Translations under genes and position numbers: made by a program | From: Promethearchaeati archaeon | GTDB taxonomy: Archaea > Asgardarchaeota > Heimdallarchaeia > Heimdallarchaeales > Heimdallarchaeaceae | Assembly: GCA_013166775.1 (NCBI GenBank) | Contig: JABLTJ010000034.1 | Location: 1 to 34,283 of the forward strand | Length of the DNA: 34,283 bases | Reading direction: 5' to 3' | Shown here: one piece after another, positions 30,401 through 34,283 of the stretch | How positions within the stretch are numbered: the stretch's first letter is position 1 | How the letters are laid out: every line of letters begins with the position of its first letter | The notes under the pieces: generated by a model | What the model was told of the DNA's origin: nothing | The model's input: only the letters and a program-made list of their open reading frames with translations | Database searches by the model: none

Positions 30401-32754
30401 TCCTTTGCACCGGTATTATCAAGACAATAGACATAACCGTTATCACAACCAAAAACAATTTCCAGAACGCTATCTTGATCAATATCAAAAATACAAGGTG
30501 AAGTGCTTATATCTGCTGTAACCGGATAATTCCATTCTTCTGTCCCAGTGCTTGATATGCATTGTAATTTATTCAAGGCAGAACCAATAATTATTTCTTG
30601 TTGATTGTCATTATCAATATCTTCTATTGCTGGATTTGAAGCAATATATCCTCCTAACCCTACGTTCCATAAATCATTGCCAGTATAATCCAAGCAATAC
30701 ATATACCCAGATTCTGTCATCACAATTGTCTCGAGATAGTCATCACTGGTAATATTTGCTACTGAAGGTGAACATGAAAATCCAGATGCACTAAAGAAAT
30801 CCCATTTGTAAGTACCATCATAATTAAGACAGTAAATGTACCCATCCAAAGAACCGAAGATTATTTCGAAATAACCGTTACTATCAATATCTGCTACACA
30901 AGGCGAGGAGTATAATATTTGATCTCCTGTATTGTAATCCCATTCGTAATTACCAGTATGATCTATACAATAGAAATTACTATTATCAGCACCGAATAAT
31001 ATCTCCAATGTGCCATCTTTATCCAAATCTGCAACTGCAACTGAGGAGGTAATCTCAAAACCAACATTATAACTCCAAAGGGTAGTCCCAGTACCATTTA
31101 TGCAATACAATCTGTTATTGAATGGGAGTAAGATCTCATTCTTACCATCAAGATTGATATCAACAGCAGTTGGCGAAGCTTTTACATTTGAAGTTGTTGT
31201 CCTTGAATATCTTAAGGAGATACCCATCTCACCTTCTTCTTCTGGACCGGTGTAGGGAAAGTCTAACGGATCATTTGGATCCGAACCAAAATCAATCTCA
31301 ATCCAATCAGAATAGGTATCTCCATCCGAATCAGCATCATTTGGATCCGTTTCGTAATAGTAAAGTTCAACCCAATCCTTGAGATTATCAGAATCTGAAT
31401 CATCACTATTAGGATTGGTATTATAGAACCATTCTTCTGTTACATCGTCTATTGAATCACTGTCAGAATCAATGACTGCGTTATTTGTATTGCTTCCTCT
31501 AAAGGAGCCATAATAGACTTCGCCAGATTGCGTGACATCAGTTAGCTCCCAACAATAGACTTTCTGATCAGTATTACAACCGATTATTTCTAAAATACCA
31601 TCCCCTTCAAGGTCAACTACTGTTGGAGTATCAATAAAAAAACCATTCCCACAAAGATACTCAAATTCTAAACCACCTGTATGATTTATACAAACTAATT
31701 TATTGGCTTCATTACCGGTTATGATTTCAAAATCATTATCATCATCTATGTCAGCTATAACAGCAGAGGACATAGTATCACTCATAGAATATAACCAATC
31801 AGTAGAACCAGTATGAGTTAAGCAATACAAGCCATTACCAGTCCCAATAATAATTTCCTTTTGATTATCATCATCAATATCAACTACCACAGGTGAACCA
31901 TCTACTATACCAGTTGTGCCGTCTAAATCTCTCATCCATTCTAATGAGCCTGTTCGACTAATACAATAGACATCATCTGCTCCACCAACAATAACTTCTT
32001 TTGCACCATCTTTGTCAACGTCATTAATTATTGGAGAGGAATATTCCGTGCTTGATATGGCGTATTCCCACTGTTTTGCTCCAGTATGACTTAAGCAGTA
32101 AAGCTTATTATTGAAACTTACAAATACAACTTCTAAATATCCGTCATTATCTAAATCATCAATTGCAGGTGAACTCGCTATGGGTCCACCTGAATTAAAT
32201 GGTGACGACCAATCCTCATTACCATTTTTGTCTAAGCAATATAGATTATTATCTGCTGACCCTACTAAAATCTCCAACTCACCATCTTGATCAATATCAG
32301 CTATTGTTGGTGTCCCATCAATATTGCCACCTGTATCATACTGCCATAAAAATGCTCCATCTACATCATAGCATTCTATGTCATCACCTACACCAGTAAT
32401 TATCTCAAGATAACCATCATTAGTAATATCTGCAATAGCAGGTGTTGAGAGATCTGTTCCCCCAAGAGCTTGGGTCCAACGAAGAGTACCAATCGCATTA
32501 AAGCAAAATAGATTGTTGTTTCCATGTACAATTATTTCCATTTCGCCATCTTTATCTAAATCAGCTGTTTTTGGTGAATTGGTTAATGAATCTGTTGCCG
32601 AGACATCAAATGACCATCGTAGTGATATTCCTACAGCTTTGATTTCCATATCTTGAGGATCATTATCAAGTCCCCCTTCAACTTCAAGAATTAACGAAAT
32701 GCTTGAGATAACTAGCAAACCTACAAATATTATTGAGACTGCTCTTCCCTTCAA
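27424..32754 (-). CDS. Type I membrane surface protein: two tandem FG-GAP/PQQ-like beta-propellers, long TSP3-like stalk, TM, cytoplasmic wH + helical tail
   Basis: Two propeller units, each beginning GISLR(W/Y)S and ending in a F(R/K)GS...(N/H) closure followed by D.D.D repeats. TM YSIITAIGIFVVLTLVLTI. Paralog of 20508..24917. Confidence 0.9.
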   Translation of the reverse strand: MKGRAVSIIFVGLLVISSISLILEVEGGLDNDPQDMEIKAVGISLRWSFDVSATDSLTNSPKTADLDKDGEMEIIVHGNNNLFCFNAIGTLRWTQALGGTDLSTPAIADITNDGYLEIITGVGDDIECYDVDGAFLWQYDTGGNIDGTPTIADIDQDGELEILVGSADNNLYCLDKNGNEDWSSPFNSGGPIASSPAIDDLDNDGYLEVVFVSFNNKLYCLSHTGAKQWEYAISSTEYSSPIINDVDKDGAKEVIVGGADDVYCISRTGSLEWMRDLDGTTGIVDGSPVVVDIDDDNQKEIIIGTGNGLYCLTHTGSTDWLYSMSDTMSSAVIADIDDDNDFEIITGNEANKLVCINHTGGLEFEYLCGNGFFIDTPTVVDLEGDGILEIIGCNTDQKVYCWELTDVTQSGEVYYGSFRGSNTNNAVIDSDSDSIDDVTEEWFYNTNPNSDDSDSDNLKDWVELYYYETDPNDADSDGDTYSDWIEIDFGSDPNDPLDFPYTGPEEEGEMGISLRYSRTTTSNVKASPTAVDINLDGKNEILLPFNNRLYCINGTGTTLWSYNVGFEITSSVAVADLDKDGTLEILFGADNSNFYCIDHTGNYEWDYNTGDQILYSSPCVADIDSNGYFEIIFGSLDGYIYCLNYDGTYKWDFFSASGFSCSPSVANITSDDYLETIVMTESGYMYCLDYTGNDLWNVGLGGYIASNPAIEDIDNDNQQEIIIGSALNKLQCISSTGTEEWNYPVTADISTSPCIFDIDQDSVLEIVFGCDNGYVYCLDNTGAKEWDYYLSSTFISSSPTIADLNNDGKYEVVIGSRDTKLYCLSYNGTLLWSYLTGDIAAAACLADLDNDGILEVTVGTETGMFYILELTNVTLSGGSPWSCFKGSIFHTGWKDTDFDGIDDLTEQTYFGTNHTDSDYDNDLLNDWGEVYFAGSDPYDNDSDSDHLLDGEEVHLYLTDPMDSDSDEDTYSDWEEIDADSDPNDPLSIPSPDTDGDGLRDNKESELGTNPNDPDSDDDNLTDGEEYYTYLTDPLDSDTDNDNLDDYEEVFLGVDNYITNATNPDSDFDGLNDGAELTYSTDPWDVDSDGDTIWDGEEVILGVNGWITDPADSDSDGDNLADNYEIDVSHTSPVDDDTDSDGLDDNEEIVPGIDGYITLANDSDSDNDQLLDGEELFYLTDPWDIDCDNDTLLDGIEVHTYFTEPLNNDTDSDLISDGEEVILGVDGWITNATNPDSDGDGYTDYYEIYISFTNPIDNDSDQDGLTDDEEMTLGIDGFLTDPNLNDTDNDYLNDYQEYLEGTNPLVNDTDNDQLLDGLEIITYETDPFDDDTDDDSLLDGEEILGYYQPLNPYSNLTGYFVTNATNADSDSDGINDFEEITLGSDGFYTNPNSADSDGDSLSDLDEINTHLTDPTTIDADSDTMPDDFEVNHNLDPNSNDTADDYDSDELTNLEEYLLGTEPDNFDSDNDSMPDGWEQNNGLDPLDNSDASEDDDFDGLTNLEEYTEGTNPQNSDTDSDLLPDKWEVDQGTYATIPDANADYDSDDLTNYEEYQNNTDPYDDDSDDDQLTDGQEVNVYGTNPNAEDSDYDGFTDKAEIDAGTDPLDSKDNPRSKNIKTYSIITAIGIFVVLTLVLTIRGVVKHNSKSIVIIKRYLKRKQLVKNEMPIDDICDELNISPTDMRLLLEELQNKKKFSYHIKDQLVYFYNEETIKQILNRIELLLVRYRKASEADVALDHLVDAKTEVEAAQAFAQELGDINLINRCQKVEDEINSIVRK

Positions 32755-32815
32755 AAGTAAGACATCCTATAATTGATCTCTACTATTCAAATTAACTTCC
32801 ATACTAAATTAATTT

Positions 32816-32855
32816 TATCCAAATTTGGATACAAAAACTTGAAAGGGATTAATCC
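32816..32855. promoter_or_regulatory. Palindromic candidate operators in a divergent promoter
   Basis: Perfect 16-bp palindrome tatccaaatttggata (32816..32831) and 10-bp ggattaatcc (32846..32855), followed by TATA-like ttataaat. Confidence 0.4.
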
Positions 32856-32917
32856 TTATAAATTAATTTGAGTGATTTATCTGTAAATGATTAATATTAA
32901 ATTATTTTGGGATTTGA

Positions 32918-33349
32918 ATGAAAACTGAAATACTAGCCGTTGGAAAGCATGCTGTAGGAAGAATGGTTTATTTAATGGCACTTTTTCAGGAATTAAATCG
33001 GAGCTATTATAGTGACTTAGTACTCGATACAACTAACGATAAATTGAAACAACTGTATAATTTATTAGCTGATTTATAAAAAAAACAAGATTGGCCTTTA
33101 GCTACAGACTATAGATCTTTTCGTGGTCATAACTTCAATTTATGTAAAAGTGAAAAGGATAAGATAAAAATTGTAGCCAATTCCATCTTCTTCTATTTAA
33201 CAAGTGAGATGTATATGGAAAGGTTTTCTACAATAAATGCCAAAAAAGGGTATTATGATATACCAGATGAAATAATAATTGAAAATGATAAAGATGATAG
33301 TATAAAATTTATTTATAAATTTACAGATAAATTAGTAGATCAAAATGCT
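32918..33349 (+). pseudogene. N-terminal half of a split, decayed third GTPase
   Basis: ATG 32918 gives MKTEILAVGKHAVGRMVYLMALFQELN...DLVLD...DL*KKQDWPLATDYRSFRGHNFNL...YLTSE...KLVDQNA, with TAA at 33077. It aligns with GTPase A GTTSSGKTVYLVVLYEYLN...ELVLD...DLYEKKVLPEMTDRRSIRKVAFNL...DFGGD...SLIEESS. Confidence 0.85.
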
Positions 33350-33714
33350 GTTCTTATGATTTTAATTTGAATTATTGATTCTACACTTGGGTCTATTTGA
33401 TAGAGAACAATTTTTATTATTTCAGCTTCAGGATTATCTGATTTAATTAATGTGAAATAATTAAGTTCGTCGAGGTCATCTCTTCTCTCCCAATATGTTC
33501 TCTTGCGATTTATAACATACTTGCAACCAAGAACAGGTTCTGCATCCATTGTTAATCGAACGGTTTTTTTCATTCGCTCAGAATCAATATACCCGTTTAA
33601 GTGAAAAATGAAATTGATTTGCTGATCAGTTCCACTACGTAGCAAGTAATTTAGATTATCATTTGCTGACGCACGTATGCGTTTCGGGAACTCGCCCGAT
33701 TTATGGGTATACAT
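33340..33714 (-). pseudogene. Truncated 5' fragment (122 homologous codons) of the acyltransferase
   Basis: Intact frame from ATG 33714, homologous to the left copy up to IKIIRT, then AF-stop in island sequence. It ends before the HxxxDG motif. Confidence 0.92.
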
Positions 33715-33820
33715 CGACTAATCTCCTGGGACATAAAACTAGTATAATGCCAAAACTAGGTCTTCTAACGGTATGCTAGTTAAAAGAATTTTTCAAGTAG
33801 TAATTAAAAGGTAGCTCTAT
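33350..33820 (+). repeat. Right copy of ~470-bp imperfect direct repeat
   Basis: See 1450..1919. This copy ends 9 nt from the adh stop codon. Confidence 0.97.
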
Positions 33821-33829
33821 AGGAAAAAA

Positions 33830-34282
33830 TTACACAGTTTTCAGCAAAATTCTGTAAAGTGCTTCATCTGAGAGTTTTACAGGATTGTATCCCATACTCG
33901 AAGATTTCTTTGCTTTCCCGATTATTTTCTCAAAGTACTTTTCTGAGAGTCCATATTTTGATAACTTTGGTATTTTCAGTAATCTTGAGATTTGTTCTGT
34001 ATATTCAATAACTCGATCTGCTGCTTCTCTAATATCGTCAAAAACGAGATCGACTAATAATTCGCCTAGTGTTGCATATTTAGCGAGTGTTTCGTTGAAT
34101 GGAATTTCAGCTATCATTTGTTGTATATTCTCTTCAATAACTGGTGAGAGTAATGCTCCGCACACAACACCATGTGGAATTCCAAGTATCCCTCCTATTG
34201 GAGAAGCAAATCCATGAACTGCACCGAGTCCAGCATTAGCTAAGCAAATTCCACTAAGTAAAGCAGCAAAAGCAAGATCCTC
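33830..34282 (-). CDS. Iron-containing alcohol dehydrogenase family protein, 3' part
   Basis: Frame is open to the window edge: EDLAFAALLSGICLANAGLGAVHGFASPIGGILGIPHGVVCGALL...SSMGYNPVKL, with the metal-binding His motifs of Fe-ADH. Confidence 0.93.
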   Translation of the reverse strand, partial: EDLAFAALLSGICLANAGLGAVHGFASPIGGILGIPHGVVCGALLSPVIEENIQQMIAEIPFNETLAKYATLGELLVDLVFDDIREAADRVIEYTEQISRLLKIPKLSKYGLSEKYFEKIIGKAKKSSSMGYNPVKLSDEALYRILLKTV

Positions 34283-34283
34283 T

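Larger units (their letters stand above)
1920..33349. mobile_element. 31.4-kb genomic island / integrated formerly circular element carrying an ESCRT-GTPase-receptor gene set
   Basis: Bounded by long direct repeats that interrupt an adh-acyltransferase-racemase minus-strand locus. One GTPase gene is split between the two island ends. No integrase, transposase or rep gene was recognised. Confidence 0.8.

Noticed and set aside
20508-32754. Periodic DNA repeats as a CRISPR array or non-coding tandem repeat
   Set aside because: They are degenerate, codon-phased Asp-rich protein repeats with no invariant repeat-spacer structure.
1920-33349. Provirus, transposon or integrase-driven ICE
   Set aside because: No recombinase, transposase, capsid, packaging ATPase or conjugation gene recognised. 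The flanks are long diverged repeats, not short att sites or terminal inverted repeats.
874-34217. Short opposite-strand or overlapping ORFs in the track (e.g. 874..1230, 1964..2230, 4667..5149, 13900..14148, 22694..22990, 27686..29810, 33885..34217)
   Set aside because: Shadows of longer, motif-supported genes, with antisense-type composition (Ser/His/Leu-rich).

Overview
AT-rich, probably archaeal window. An Asgard/Heimdallarchaeia-like host is an inference from GGTGA/GAGGT ribosome-binding sites, ESCRT-like genes and sequon-rich surface proteins. The flanks are metabolic genes on the minus strand: an Fe-alcohol dehydrogenase on the right, and an HxxxDG acyltransferase and a proline-racemase-family gene on the left. 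Between them lies a 31.4-kb island (1920..33349) bounded by two ~470-bp direct repeats (~88% identical by hand alignment) that duplicate the promoter and 5' part of the acyltransferase gene. The island is circularly permuted: a decayed GTPase gene missed by the ORF track has its N-half at the right end and its C-half at the left end, and the halves join in frame exactly at the repeat boundaries. No integrase or replicase is visible. The cargo looks like one coherent membrane-remodelling system with four parts. (i) A + strand operon with two or three ESCRT-III/Snf7-like proteins, a MIT-AAA (Vps4/CdvC-like) ATPase, a helical protein and a cytoplasmic subtilase. (ii) A divergent operon with two paralogous TRAFAC GTPases, a GAP1/DENN-like solenoid protein and a beta-propeller/Ig protein. 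(iii) A TPR-like protein with a C-terminal ESCRT-I steadiness-box-like hairpin. (iv) Three large Ca-binding surface receptors and a polytopic-membrane pseudogene, all sharing one cytoplasmic winged-helix plus helical-bundle tail. All domain calls are by eye from motifs; no searches were run.
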